Positions 14,025-30,038 of a stretch of 64,000 bases of DNA are shown in pieces. This DNA is from Chrysomallon squamiferum. Its lineage: Eukaryota; Animalia; Mollusca. The DNA lies in contig CM022670.1 of NCBI GenBank assembly GCA_012295275.1, positions 37,386,001 through 37,450,000 on the forward strand. Reading direction: 5' to 3'. A program made the translations under genes and the position numbers. Position 1 is the first letter of the stretch; the number at the start of each line of letters is the position of its first letter. A model generated the notes under the pieces. The model was not told where the DNA came from. It saw only the letters and a list, made by a program, of their open reading frames with translations, and did not search any database.

Positions 14025-14067
14025 CAAATAAATCATCATCATTCATATCATCATCATCATCATTATT

Positions 14068-14140
<73 letters not shown>

Positions 14141-15448
14141 ACACGTAAATACTGATAATTATAATTTACGTGTTTTGCAGTTGTCTCTCTTCCATTTTGC
14201 GTACTCTCTTCGCAGACTCCGCCCTACATTTAGCCCGAGTACATCATACAGAATTAAAAAAAAAAAAAAATTTCATCTATCTCTAACAACAAACTGAATA
14301 CTAATTTCAAAATTTTTAATTTTAATAAGGACGGACAGACACACGGACAATTAACGAACGTTACTGTCTGGTGGGCGTTAAGTTCATTGTCAGTGTGACC
14401 ATTTCGTTCTTCTGTGTCAGTTTAGTCTGCTGCAAGCGAGTATTGATTCTAGTGATTACATAACACATCCGTAAACACAGAATCAAGTTACAGATCAAAG
14501 TCACTACTTGTATTTTGTTCACATAACGCGGTTTTGCTTGTAACGAAAGAGATGAACCCGTGTCGTAAAAACAAAACCAGTAATTTCAGTTTCTGATTTC
14601 TGGAGTCGGAGGGTTTTGCCACGTGTGTCTGTTAAGCAGTTTAATATTCCTACAAATAAATTTCGTTTTAAAGTTAATTAATGGTACCGCATGACATATA
14701 TTTTGTAATTTAATTCCCATGTTGTAAAAGTATATAACATTATTATTTGTTTGCAATCAGGAATAAACGTATAATAAATCACATGTATTTGAAGTTAACC
14801 ATTGTGATTACGAATGATAATGATCAATGTTTGATTGTCTGTTTTGTTCCTTGTTTAAAGTTCCAGTAGGCTTGAATTTAGTTTTTATTGCGATTGTTAA
14901 TTCATCTTTTATTACTGAGCATTCCAGCATAATTTTGTTATTTAATACCTATGTATGCAATTTAATGTGAATTATATGCATATCACGATTTGAAACTTGT
15001 TATAATAATTATTTTTTATATTTTGTAAAATACTGTTTTATTGAGCTTAACATTAGGAAAAAGAAAGTAAACAAACATTATTATAAATTTCAGCTTCCTT
15101 TTAATTATGTACAGTTTTATAAAACAACAAATATCTAATTTCTAATAGCGTTTTTCGTTTAATAACAAAACAGTTAGTTTTGTTTCTTTCAGTTAAATGA
15201 CAACAGGAGGCCTGAGTTTAATCCCAGTATTGTAATACATTTTTTTTGTTTTGTTTAATGGCATGTTTATGACTGTACAATTACAATCCAACTTAGCGAG
15301 GTGGAATGGAAGTTTTCATCACTATAGCGGACAGAACTATTAAGCTGAAATTCAACTGATTTTAGAAAGAGAAAAAAATCCATGAGCAAAATGTCTAAGA
15401 TGCTTGGTTCAAAACCATTTCTATATCCAGGTGTAGCATTAATTTTAA

Positions 15449-17599
15449 AGACACTGTCTAAAATGTTTGTCTTTGTACATATATGTACGTATAGCCTATT
15501 TGCGAATGCGTGTGATATTAAGCCGCAATTATTTGGAGGTTTTTTTGCCTATTTTCCATACACATTTGTTTTGCCTGCGTTTTCTACATTATCTCAATTT
15601 AGAATTCATTATTTATGCGTATACTTTTGTAGATAAATATCGCTTAACGTATATTCCCGCAGCTTATATAACCTTTATAATTTATATGTAAACGTGGTTT
15701 TCGTACTCTCTCTTGAATGTTTAAGTAATAATATTATATATAATCTTAAATTTGACGGTTGCAGATCCACTTTTAATTTGTTAATATAAGTTGATAGATT
15801 ATTCAGCAGGTCAGTAATAATAGTTAGTGCTTATAAAGTACTGATAGTATGATTAAAAGAAATATGACAGCTTTTAAGTGTTAAAATTGACGAAAGCAGG
15901 ATAAAAAGAATCTTTAGTAAAAGAGAAGTGAAAGGGAAAGAAAATATGATAATAAAAAAAACCCAAATAATTTCGATTAGTATGTTTCATTGCAGATGTT
16001 AGACAGTCGAAAGTTTCACAGCAGATATTGGACAGTCATATGTTTCACAGCAGATATCAGCCAATCATATGATTCACAGCAGATATTAGACAGTCATGTG
16101 TTTCACAGCAAGTAGTCCGTCATATTGAAGATTCCAACAATATTTATGTTGGACACTTTGAGTAAGCGATGTTTATTGGGGTTTTTTCCATCAAAACTGC
16201 TTAATTTTTTTATCCATTGTTTCAGTTTCAATTTGGAAGATGTAAAATTAAGTAAGATTTCTATGAATTTGTCTGTTAATTAATTTAATTTCATTTTGTT
16301 TTCTTTCACCCCGATTTTAATTTCCTGTATAAAAAGTTCGGGTAAAGAGGATTTGTCAGAATCAGTCGCACCAGTTCTGGTCTAGTTCTGTACGTAGATA
16401 TACTGATAATAAATCGTCTCCTTGTATAGTCTCATGTTTAAATACACTTTCGTGTAATGCTTTCCTATAAATTTCACATAGATCTACATCATTTTGTGAT
16501 GTTCTCTTTCGGCATTAACATTGGTAATGCTTCAAATATTTCAAGAAAACATTTTATATTTTTGCAGGTATGTTAACAGTATTATAAGTATAATTTTGTT
16601 TTGAACATCTGCTAATTCATTATAGTAATATTAATAATATATTCGTGCTAAAGAAAAAAACGTTTTTCCTTGTTTATCGCGTAGGGAGAAAACATTAATT
16701 AAAAATGATCATAAAAATTTAAAATTTTAAACAGTACTTACCGGGTTTCCAGGAAACCGTTCTTCGATGCTGACCAAATCCATCTTTAAGACATTATCCC
16801 ATACTTTGTTTGTTACGACATACTGCAGCTGTGGTAACGAAAACGCATCTCAGTCGTATTGTTTCGCAAGAATAGGAATCCCAAGACATCGGTTACCACT
16901 CATCGGCACTTTGAAATCGATGTGTCATCATTAAAAGTTACTGTCACCAAGCTAACAAATCAATCGTGACAAATCGTTCACCGACGCAGAGATGTCATTG
17001 GTCTTCTCACTTTCCACCGCCTGTCTAACAGGATCCAATGTCCACGGCAGAATTTTATTGGTTTGTACCCGAATCTCTGGGACTTCAGGTATTTCGAACA
17101 ATGAGCGAACAAACGCGAACTAATCTTTGGAATTATTTAGCTGATCACAGAGACAGGGAAAGTTTTAATGGGATTTCTCTGTTGGCTGTTCTTAATCAAA
17201 TGAAGCCTATTTCCAAAAGCATGACACAAACCAAAGTCACACTGTCGACTGACTGACTTAAGTTAATAATTACATATATGGAAGCAGAAAATACATGTTC
17301 TTGCTTATTTTCCATTTTTATCTCAGTATTACCAATTTTCAGGTTTTTGCTTCGTGTAAAAATCGTTGATTTGTTGAAGTGTAACAAACAATATTCCCTA
17401 GTGATATTTATCTACAAAAGTAAATTTTTCCTTTGCAATGTTCGGGCTAGAATTTCAGACAAATGAATTCTAAATTGAGATAACAATGCAGAGAACGCCG
17501 GCAAAACAAATGTGTATGGAAAACACACAAAAAACTCCAAATAATTGCGGCTTAATACGATACACATTCGCGAATACGTACATATATGTGCAAAAACAA
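15449..17599. mobile_element. Degenerate DNA transposon with ~140-bp inverted arms (possibly Kolobok-like; right tip lost)
   Basis: 15467-15610 is the reverse complement of 17462-17599, sharing TATTAAGCCGCAATTATTTGGAG, TTTTCCATACACATTTGTTTTGCC and ATCTCAATTTAGAATTCATT. The left end reads TTAA|AGACACTGTC. The interior contains a decayed ORF and a tandem array. Confidence 0.75.
15992..16110. repeat. Four-copy 29-bp tandem repeat
   Basis: Variants of GCAGATATTAGACAGTCATATGTTTCACA start at 15992, 16021, 16050 and 16079. Confidence 0.9.
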
Positions 17600-18073
17600 T
17601 AACAGAAATATGTAGATCTGCATGTGCAATATTGTTCCATTACTCGCAAGAAATAATACGTAATCGCAATATAATTTAAACATTTCTTGTAATAATCATT
17701 CGTATATGCCATTGTCATATTGTCCCTTTGTGGTTAGGAAACATCTTAATAAGACATGCAGATCAGCTATAATATCAGTTTTTAATTCTGTACAGATCAG
17801 ATTTTATCTATCTAACTATCTGTCTATCTATCTATCTATCTATATTACTGTCTATATATATATTAGTGGTCATTCAGTGCAATTTTTTCTCATTATAATA
17901 AAAAAAAAATCATTTTGAAACGTTTTTAATTTTTATCTTTAATATTATTTATTTAATTATTTAAAATTACTATTTAATCAATCTTATATCTGACTATATA
18001 TGTACATAGAGTTTATATATAGATAAAAACTATAAAAAAAAAAATATAATAATAAAAAAAAAAAAAAAAAAAA

Positions 18074-18104
<31 letters not shown>

Positions 18105-18596
18105 TAATAATAATAATAATAATAACAATAATAATAATACAACCATTTTCTTGCAAATGTATCATCGTAATGGAAACAGAATTTCTCCGATCTCTTCCGC
18201 ACTGATTTTGAAATACATTAAGTTTTACTTTTCCTATAATAATTCTTCACAAAACCGTTTCACATCTTTTATTTCTGCTAAGCCTTACCTCGCTGATGTC
18301 GGCAGTGGCTAAATCCGGCTGAAAAGTAACTAACCATTGTCTTATTTATCTGAAGTCATCGTTGCGTTTCTTTATGTAATCGTGCTATATTTCTATTATG
18401 ACAATAAGCTTTTCTTTTTTCTCTCTTTGTAATCATTTAATGGAATACATACGTTTATGATTGCTTATCACACTATATTCTCATTTTATTCCTTTAATTC
18501 AATACTAAATATTGGATTGTTTGGTGGCTGAAGAAATGAAAATGGCAGTGTATATTTGAGAAATGTGTCAGCAACAACCATCACTCTCTCTCTCTT

Positions 18597-18630
<34 letters not shown>

Positions 18631-18801
18631 ATCTATTATCTGTTCATTCAAATGCGAACGCGAATTCACATAATCATTCTTTACACTCCTTTCAAAAGCC
18701 TTATTCTTGGGCATGGTGTTTGGTCTCTCTTTTTATATTTGCTTTGCTTTGTTATTTCTTTATTTTTATATTTCTATCGTTATAGAGGCTTCTTAGTTGT
18801 T

Positions 18802-18846
<45 letters not shown>

Positions 18847-21392
18847 CATTGAATTTATTACTTCTTTTCTTTCTCTAGTAAAGGAATAGTTTAAAAAAAA
18901 AAAAAAAAAGTATTCTCAAAGCATAAATTACAAACGTCTTCATTTATCCGATTGATGTTTTTTGAATGTGGAACAAGACGATTTCATTTCACTAGCTTTG
19001 TTACAACTGAGGTTAACTTGTTGTTTCATTACTCGGAACATTCTGGTCCAATTACTAAATATTGAGCGTGTGGTCGCCAAACAAAAACTACCAGTTGGTC
19101 TGACTGTATCGTTTTGTTCTCAGAATGGCTGCACGCTTGTCAGGCAGCGAGCAGCAAATGGAGAATCAATCTCTGTGGCGTTAGGTAACTAGCCGTCTGT
19201 CAAAAATGATTACAACTTCCGGTAAAAGCTGATACGGACTGTGATCACTACAGGAACCGAGGTGTTTTCTAAAAGTAAACAGTCGTGTGCTACGTGAGAA
19301 CGCTGGGCGTTGCCATGGAGAAACAAACAAAATGTTAATCAGCGGAAATAAAAAAAAGTTACGTTTGTAAAGAAGAGTTTAATATTTGGTTTACGTCTTC
19401 GTATTTTTTCTTGGAATTCTGGGAAAGTGTATTTCCACCGAATTAACTACACACCAAAGAACAGTTAACTTTTAAACATAGTAGCGCTAAAGTAATTATT
19501 ATTTATAATTACATTAATTAACCGTAATATTGATCTAGAACTTTTTATTTATTTATTAAATTTATTATTATTAATTTGTAGTTAACAAAAAATAATGATA
19601 ATATAAAAAGATTGCCGAGAACCGTGTAAAATTGTTAATTCACATTTATTTATAATAATCAGCTGATATTTCTTCCTAAAAGTGCGGTTCATATCTATTT
19701 TAAAATATGCACTATTAGCATTATTTCAACATTCCATAGCTATCTCTGTGTGTGTTAACTTCAAAATGTATGGACTAAAAGCTATGCAAGTTTACTGAGA
19801 ATTGTTTTAAATATCTTTCTCAGTACCTGTGATTATTCAATATGATGAAGAATTATGATTACTATATTTAATTAAATCGTTTTGGTTAGTCCATACGTCA
19901 CCTAAAACAAATTTTTTGACATTTCATGTAACACATCATCCTGGCTATCTTCGATGAACCAGAGTAAAGGAACTTCACTTACTGCACCGTTTCCCAGTAC
20001 CAAACGCGAGTAACGTAACAATGGTGCGTAAATCGGTTTTTCCTTTTTTAAATCTATCGATCCACTGTCAAATAAATTCTTATATACAGCAGTTCTGATT
20101 GGTATTTACTGCCATTCAGTGTCATTCTCCGTAGATTGTTGTCAAGGTCTAAGATGTCCAATTTGCTTTTATTTTCATTCCTCTTAACTTAAAACTAGAT
20201 ACGATGTATTTCAGTGATAGTCTCAGTAAATCGGTTATTAGAACCACCGTAACAAGATTACACTTATTTCCCGTTTTCTTTTTTCTTTCCATTATATACG
20301 ATCATTTTACATTACCTTCTGGTTTACTAAGAAGTCTTTTGGGTTGATAATTTATGAATTTAATCATTTAATCCATAGGGTTTATATTTAAAGGTAAAAA
20401 AAAAAAAAGAAGAAGAAGAAAAAGAAAACAAGAACTATGTGAAAAACGATCAAATGCCGCTTGTAGAATTTGAAACAGTAGTACTTCATTTTGTGCTATC
20501 ATTGAACCGAGTTCTGCATCATTTTTAATGAGAGAGAGAAAAGCACATTTATTCAGAACCACTTATTTTTGGATAGATCCTAATTATTTAAAACTCTATA
20601 TGCATGTATGTATGATGTTTGTAGGTAGGTAGGTAGGTAGGTAGGTAGGTAGGTAGGTATTACAAGACTAATAACTAAAACTAATAGGTAAAACTGTAAA
20701 TATTCCTAGATATTAATCTTATATTGATCCTAAAGATCAGATGCAGACATTAATTAGAAGCAGCATTTCAGAGATATGGAGCTTAGTCACGGTGGTGTAA
20801 TGTTAAAATGAGATTCTAAAAACAGAAGCTGCAGTGGGACAAGAACCACTCACTTTGTATTATGTTGCTAATTTACTATTTCATAATTTTATTAAATGAT
20901 TGTTTTTCTTTGAGTTAAACAGTTTCGGTAAAATCATACAAAAGATGTACAAATTAATATTTTATTATATATATATATATATAGATTTTTTTATATATAA
21001 AAATTATAAATATTCAAAAACATTCATTACTTTTTGTCTGCAATATTATTAACATAGACACTGATAGTTGTGATATATTTCAATGAAATAAATCAACAAT
21101 TTAGAAAAAATTAAGTTTATAAAATGAAAGTCTTCTAATATGTATAAATAATTATTACAAAATCAAATTAACTATTTATTTAATTTTATAGATTCACAAT
21201 ATTTTATAAAGGATTGGGAAAACTCTCTGAAAATTGGACTTGAAGTCATTTCTGCAACTAAATATACTGTTATTGTAAAACATTTGTATGTACTTCTGTA
21301 CTATAGCACACTTGAGGTAAACGTTTTTTTCAATATCCTTATACATTTTCAAACACATACTAACTCCAATAAATATTTTCTGACATTTACTA

Positions 21393-23811
<2,419 letters not shown>

Positions 23812-24829
23812 TTAATAATAATAAATAAAAGGTGTTAAGTATTTAGGTATAATTGTAATAATTATGTGACACAGCCATAAGAAAAAATATTTAAATTATA
23901 AATATATATTCAGGATTTCTACATAACTTGAAATGTATTTCATGAATATAAACCTATAACAATGTTTTATCTGTTAAGGGCAATGAGTTCTGTGCAGGTT
24001 TCTGCCATCTTCTGATGTGCAAACATTTTGATTATTATTCATGTCAGTTTAATTAAAAAAAATAATAATAATAATTATTATTATTTAATTTATATATTCA
24101 TTTTTGCACATTTTAAATTGAAAATATTAAGTAAAATAAAATAAAAATTTATTTTTCTTAAAATCTTACTTTTTAGTTTTTATTAAAACATAATCACACT
24201 TAGTAACTGTTTTATTTACTAAACATGCAAAATTGGTAATTTGTGTCCCATATGATCAAAATATTTATGATTTACTGATTTCTACAAATGATGATAGAAT
24301 ATTCTGTAAAAATAATAATTTAGAAAAAGAAAACAAGAATAAGGTTTATTCTATAAAACTTCAGGATAAAACTCAAAGAACATATATCAGAGAAGAAATA
24401 AATGTAGTTTCTCAACATTTATCTAAACAAAATATGCAGAGTTGGACTGTATTAAAATATATTATAAAATCGCAGATGACATGTATACTTTCAAGTATAA
24501 GATAATAAGTCTTAGATTCAACAAACTGAAATACAAAAGTAAATTTTATAAAATAAATTATTAAATATCATTAATATGTATCACTTTGTAATTCTGTTTA
24601 AAGTATTTTGCAATTTTGGAAATTATCTATACAGTTCTTAAGCAAAGGGTTGGTATATATTTAGTATGTAAATAATTAGTTTTTAAAAGATAAGAATTCT
24701 AAAAGTCGTAACAGTTTAGTTTCATCATATTTTACTTTTGGCTTTATCTTAATTTTGCTTTTAATCTTAACTCAAACGTTTACTTTTTGTTTTAATATCT
24801 TTGTCATTAGTTTGTTATCTGCGGAAAGT

Positions 24830-25329
24830 TCTTCCTATCGAATTATATAGTACGTTGAATGTTACAACATACTTTCGATCTCAGTTAATTTATGAATTAT
24901 ACAATTCCTTAGACGATTTTGAGCTTGACATAAACATTGTTACACACATGTTTAACAGCGCGCAGACATCGCTCTTTTTCTTTCTGTTATTTCCTCCACT
25001 TTATTCTTGTTTGTTCAGAAATTTGTATCTGTTTTAACGTCAACATGTCATAAATAAATAAATAAGTTTAATAAATAATTAATTAACAGTTTGAGTTAAT
25101 AAGTATATAGATAGGTAAGTAAGTCAAAGTAACTAGTAAGTTCTTTGTGTTTCAAAATTTTAGCAATACTTTTAGAAATTGCGTCTGAAAAAGGGAGCGG
25201 GAACCTCTGAATAGATTGGAAGAAAACTATTTACAGAAGATATAGGTAATTCAATAATGGCCGCCAAATTCAAACAATATTTATTTTAATTTTCTTGTAA
25301 TTAATGTTATTGTCCGAGAAAACGCCATA
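24830..25329. promoter_or_regulatory. Probable bidirectional promoter shared by TFB1M and the XKR gene
   Basis: The genes are head-to-head with ATGs 1.55 kb apart. There is local CpG enrichment and YY1-like ATGGCCGCC (25257) and CGCCAT (25323) motifs. Confidence 0.45.
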
Positions 25330-28300
25330 ATGCGAGGGAAAACGATATCTGCTTATGATGTTCTTATTAATTTTACATCACTCCTGACTTTTATGTTTGA
25401 CTGTGGAACAGGTAATTTTATTGGTTTTTATTACTTTAATATTTTTTAGTAACGCGACAAAGTACAAAAAGTAACAAAGACTTGAGCTAAAAAATCGAAG
25501 ATCAGATGTCTTGAGAGCGCTTTTCTTTGAGTAATCATAATAAAATATAGCATGGTTATAATCAGTTTTTATTCTTAAAGTGATACATAATATTAATAAT
25601 ATAAACTTTAATTTGTAATAAAACCAAACAATGAAAAATTCGATCGATTGTATTTTCGCGCACATAATTATCATGAATTTGTTTGTTTGTTTTTATTTTT
25701 ATTTTATAATAATAATAATAATAATAAAAAAAATAAAATGAGGAGAACGACTGGAATATCATTTAATTATCTAAATTTCTAAGAATATTACAATATTGAA
25801 TATCATAAATAAAAACATTTACTTTATTTAGAGTACGTTTTACAGTACTTTTTATTTCTTTTTCCCCCACAGACATCTTAGTGACTGTTGATCTTTTTCA
25901 ACGAGGACACATAGTGTGGGGATCACTGACAGCTGGTTTTGTCATTGGTCCTTTAATATTAATTGAAATCTTCAGTTTCAAGTGGCACTTTACAGATGGC
26001 TCACTCAACAGTAGTACAGTCTTACTACACGTGTTTCTCCTCGCACCTGTCCAAAGGTATATTTAATTCCATAAAATTTCAAAAGTCAGTTAAATAATTC
26101 TAACTGTTCATTCATTTCTATGCTATTTTAATGTTTGTCAAATATATTAATTTTATAAAGTTGTGTCCATTAACATTTTGAGAAATCAGTTACTGAGGAT
26201 CATCTGAAATTTATTCAAGCAAAAAAGAATGAACAATTATAATTTATAATTAATTTCACTAAAATATATTTTTATTTTCTTTTTTTAAAGCTGTTAATAA
26301 GAAATTTGTTTTAGCTGATTCAGCAATAAATTAATATATTTTTTAAAATTGCTTATTACATTTTCTTTCATCACTATTACATACATATTTATTATATATT
26401 TCTTTGTTACCAGATACCTTAGAGTTATTAAACTGGCTTTAAGAGCACGGCAGCACAAACCACAGAAGTTTGAAGATGTTGATCAAGTGTATCGGGAGCA
26501 GAATGATGTTTGTATTCTCCGACTTATTGAATCATTCCTGGAGTCTGCCCCACAGCTTGTTCTACAACTTTACATTATTCTGCTGCATAGAGACATAACA
26601 TGGCTCACAGGTATCTATCTAAACACACTGTTGTTAAATTTCAAAACAAAAATTTATTGATTAAGGATGTCGGTTATCAGTGAATTTCTAATTTGATGAT
26701 ATTTTTTAGATCAGAAAAAAACAAAAACTTTGATTAGATGAAAAAAAAACCACATGTTCATATTTATTGATTATAAAAAAATAAAAATTTGTAAAAAAAA
26801 ATTCATTGTTTGTGTCCAGTGTAGATTTTTATTTGGTTCAGTTTATTTTACCTGTTGATATCCAGAGAAAAAAATAAAACATCATGCATGACATTTTGAT
26901 TAATCTTCCATTTCATATTTAAACATTTATTTATTATTATTAATTTTTATTATTTTTTTATATTTTTTAAAAATTTTTTATTATTTTTTTAATGTTTTTA
27001 GGATTATCTGTGGCTGGATCTTTGGTGTCCCTGGGATGGGCACTGACTGCTTACACTGATGGTCTGAGACTGGCATATCGTGATCTCTATCGACGAAACT
27101 TCCTGGCTCTGATTGTGCACTTTCTGTGGCAGGTGTCTGTAACAGCCGCTCGAGTATTTGCTTTTGTTATTTTTGCCACCGTTTTCAAAGCTTGGGTCTT
27201 TGTTGCTGCAGGTAAAATATAAATTTACAACATTAAAACAATGAAAACAAATAAATAAAAAAAACAACATTTTATTAAAAGTGGAAACCGAATGTAAATT
27301 CACTGATGTTATTAATGTTATTAAATAAAGATAATAACCGAGGGCATCTAATTATGAATATAAGAAAAATATTAATGCTAAAGTGGTGCAGTGTGATTTC
27401 CGTAAGTTCTGTTATTTTTCATTATGTAGATTTGATAAAATAAAATTTATCAGCTATTAAAGCTGATGTCTTTATTCAAGTATATTCTAATCTGATGAAA
27501 TAAAAACTGTTACAGGTATCCATTGGCTGGTGATGACATTTTGGATAGCAATAAAAGGCACAGATTTTGGAGATGGCCAGTGTGAGAAACATCTATTTCA
27601 GATGGTTTCTGGTCTCATCTACATCTTCTGTTTCCTCAACCTCCGTGAAGGACATACTCGATACCGTCTCCTTACATACTACACAGTGATATTGTTAGAA
27701 AACTCGATCTTTGTCACTTTGTGGTTTGTTTATAAGAATACAGAGACTCCACTTCTGGACTATGTTGTGCCATCTATCATATTTGGTGGATTTTTTTTTG
27801 GTAGGCTTTTTTTTATATGTGAGTGTGTGTGTGTGTGTGTGTGTTCAATAATGAGACGTTTTTATATATTTTGTAAAACAATTGTTTGTTAATATTATTT
27901 TTTATTTTTTATTATTTAAAGAACTGTCAAAAAATGTAATTAAATATAAAATATTGGTTATTGAGACAATTTAATATCCTTTTATCAGTCATATGGTAAA
28001 AAGAATACATCAAGTATTCATTATGTTAATATGCACTTAAGGAACATTGGAATATTTCAAATCTTATATTAATTTTACATCAAATGAAATTATTTTTATT
28101 ACAGAGGAATATTTATATATTTTTTCAATTAATATTCATATAACCTTAACACCTGCATTTAAAAAATTGTTATGTCTTTTAAAATGTTGTAACCAAAGTT
28201 ATCTAAAACAAATTATGTGTACAAATATTTATTTTGTTTTCAGGTTTAATGTGTCTAGTGATTTATTATCGATTCCTCCATCCCAGTGGTTCCATCTCTC

Positions 28301-30038
28301 TAAACATACATGTCTGTAACTTTGAGAAGCCAAAATCTCTAGAAGTTCTAAATAATCAGGTATGTATTTTTACTTGGCCTTTTTAAATTATTATTTATCT
28401 TCAAAGCATTATTTGAAAATGAAAAACCCGTCAATATTGTTATTCATATTATTCTTATAAAAATCTAAATTTTAATTCAAAATTATTTACTGCAGTTATA
28501 TTATTCAATTCAAATCCAGCATCATGCAACTTAATTAAAAAGCAAATTTTTGAATAATTTGTTGTTGTTTTGTTTTTGTTTTTGTTTTTTTCTTTATATA
28601 TATAATATATAAATGTAACTGAGATTTTGAAATTCAAAAATTCACCAAATACTTATTTTTGCAGGCTGAACTAAAGGTGCTGAAAACATCTGTTTTTGAT
28701 TTCACAAATGCATCCAACTTCTCTGGATCAGGTAACCTCACCAATGTGTTTGAGCTGAGCGCAGACTTCAAATCTCCGACATTACCATCAAGCCAAAGAT
28801 CTTCTTTAGTTATGTACTCCAAGGAAGCTCTTGAAGAAGCCTGGGAAGCAGGACTCTCCACAAGGCACAGTTCAGGATCCTCAGAGAGTTCTCTGGAATT
28901 CTTAGAAGCTGGAAATAATGAAAATGTGTCTTGGAGAAAACAAGGCATTTCCAAATCTTTTGGAAATCTTGGAAACAACAACATGCAGAACTTTCTCAAG
29001 TTTTCCAGTTCCTACTCAGATTTCCATTGTAATCAGCCTGATTGTGTTGATGAGAAATGGGAAGGCAGAAGAGATGTGTTTTCCAGACAGCATAAGTCGG
29101 CTTGGAATGAAGCATTTCCTGGACAAGTGTTAAGATCAAACAGTCAGAATAGAGATTCAGTCAGAAGAAAAGTTGTTCTGTCACCAGATGGCCGAATAGG
29201 ATTTCAGTGTACACCAGATACATTCTCAAGATCTCCCAAACCAGTAAGCCTGTCACCACTTGATGCTTCGAGGCTGTGGGCTGAATCAAAAATGAGAACA
29301 GAATCCCATTACAGCATGCATCAGCAAAATGGTACTCAGTTTAGTCAGGTAGAGACAAAAACTGTCTCAGTGAATGTTGACAGTGTTTCTCCAATGGAAA
29401 TGTTACTGAACTATGATACTAGTTTGTTGAATCACTTAGAGTCAGGGACAGATTCCAGACGTCAGAGTTCTAACAGTGAAGCTGACATCAACTATTTAAG
29501 GTTTAATGCATCACAGACCCAAAGGAATGAGGGTTTTGGAAAAGTGACAAACAGTAAAAGCCCTATACCTGATCTTTTACATGTGCCACTGGAACAGTCA
29601 GCCTCATATATCTACAGTGATCAAGACAGCAGAGTCGATGTCCCATGGCTTGAATCAAGAGGATCATCTTTCTCTCTGACAGATTTCCTAGAGAAAAGTT
29701 ACTCAAATTCTTTGAAAAACAAAACATATGAAGAAATCTGGGACTCAACACCAAACCAGAATGAGAGAAATTTAGAACATCAGGCCATGGTTCCTAACAA
29801 AACTGAGGTATCAAGTCCACTGCAGCAGACAAATGCTAGTTTTCAAGGCTACAGCCAAAGTTTCAGGTTAACTCCATCATCGAGATCTTCGGAAAATAAT
29901 CATCCTAGTCCATTTGTGCATCAAGTGACAATACACAACAGTCCATTGATGAGCCCTGGAGAAATGGCAAATTGTCCCAAACCTGAAAAATCACCATCTT
30001 CAAGAGAGTGTACATTTGTGCATCAAAGTCCATTCTAA
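25330..30038 (+). CDS. XK-related (Xkr family) multi-pass membrane protein / putative phospholipid scramblase with a long low-complexity C-terminal tail (815 aa to the first stop)
   Basis: Exons 25330-25411, 25873-26056, 26414-26610, 27002-27211, 27516-27800, 28244-28359 and 28665-30038, all GT-AG and in phase. XK motifs: FDCGTD, LRLIESFLESAPQLVLQLY, SLVSLGWAL, IYIFCFLN, YYRFLHP. The paralog (XKR4/6/7-like) cannot be assigned. Confidence 0.92.

Noticed and set aside
2221-14155. Poly-I/Y/N/S, ER-, CV- and HT-repeat ORFs in the ORF track
   Set aside because: They are translations of (AAT)n, (AGT)n, (AG)n and (TG)n microsatellites with no splice or domain support.
15992-16110. 29-bp periodic array resembling a CRISPR
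   Set aside because: Units are head-to-tail with no unique spacers, the context is eukaryotic, and there are no cas genes.
29040-29051. DCVD as the Xkr caspase-activation site
   Set aside because: A DxxD tetrapeptide is expected by chance in a 450-aa tail, and the following Glu is unfavourable for cleavage.
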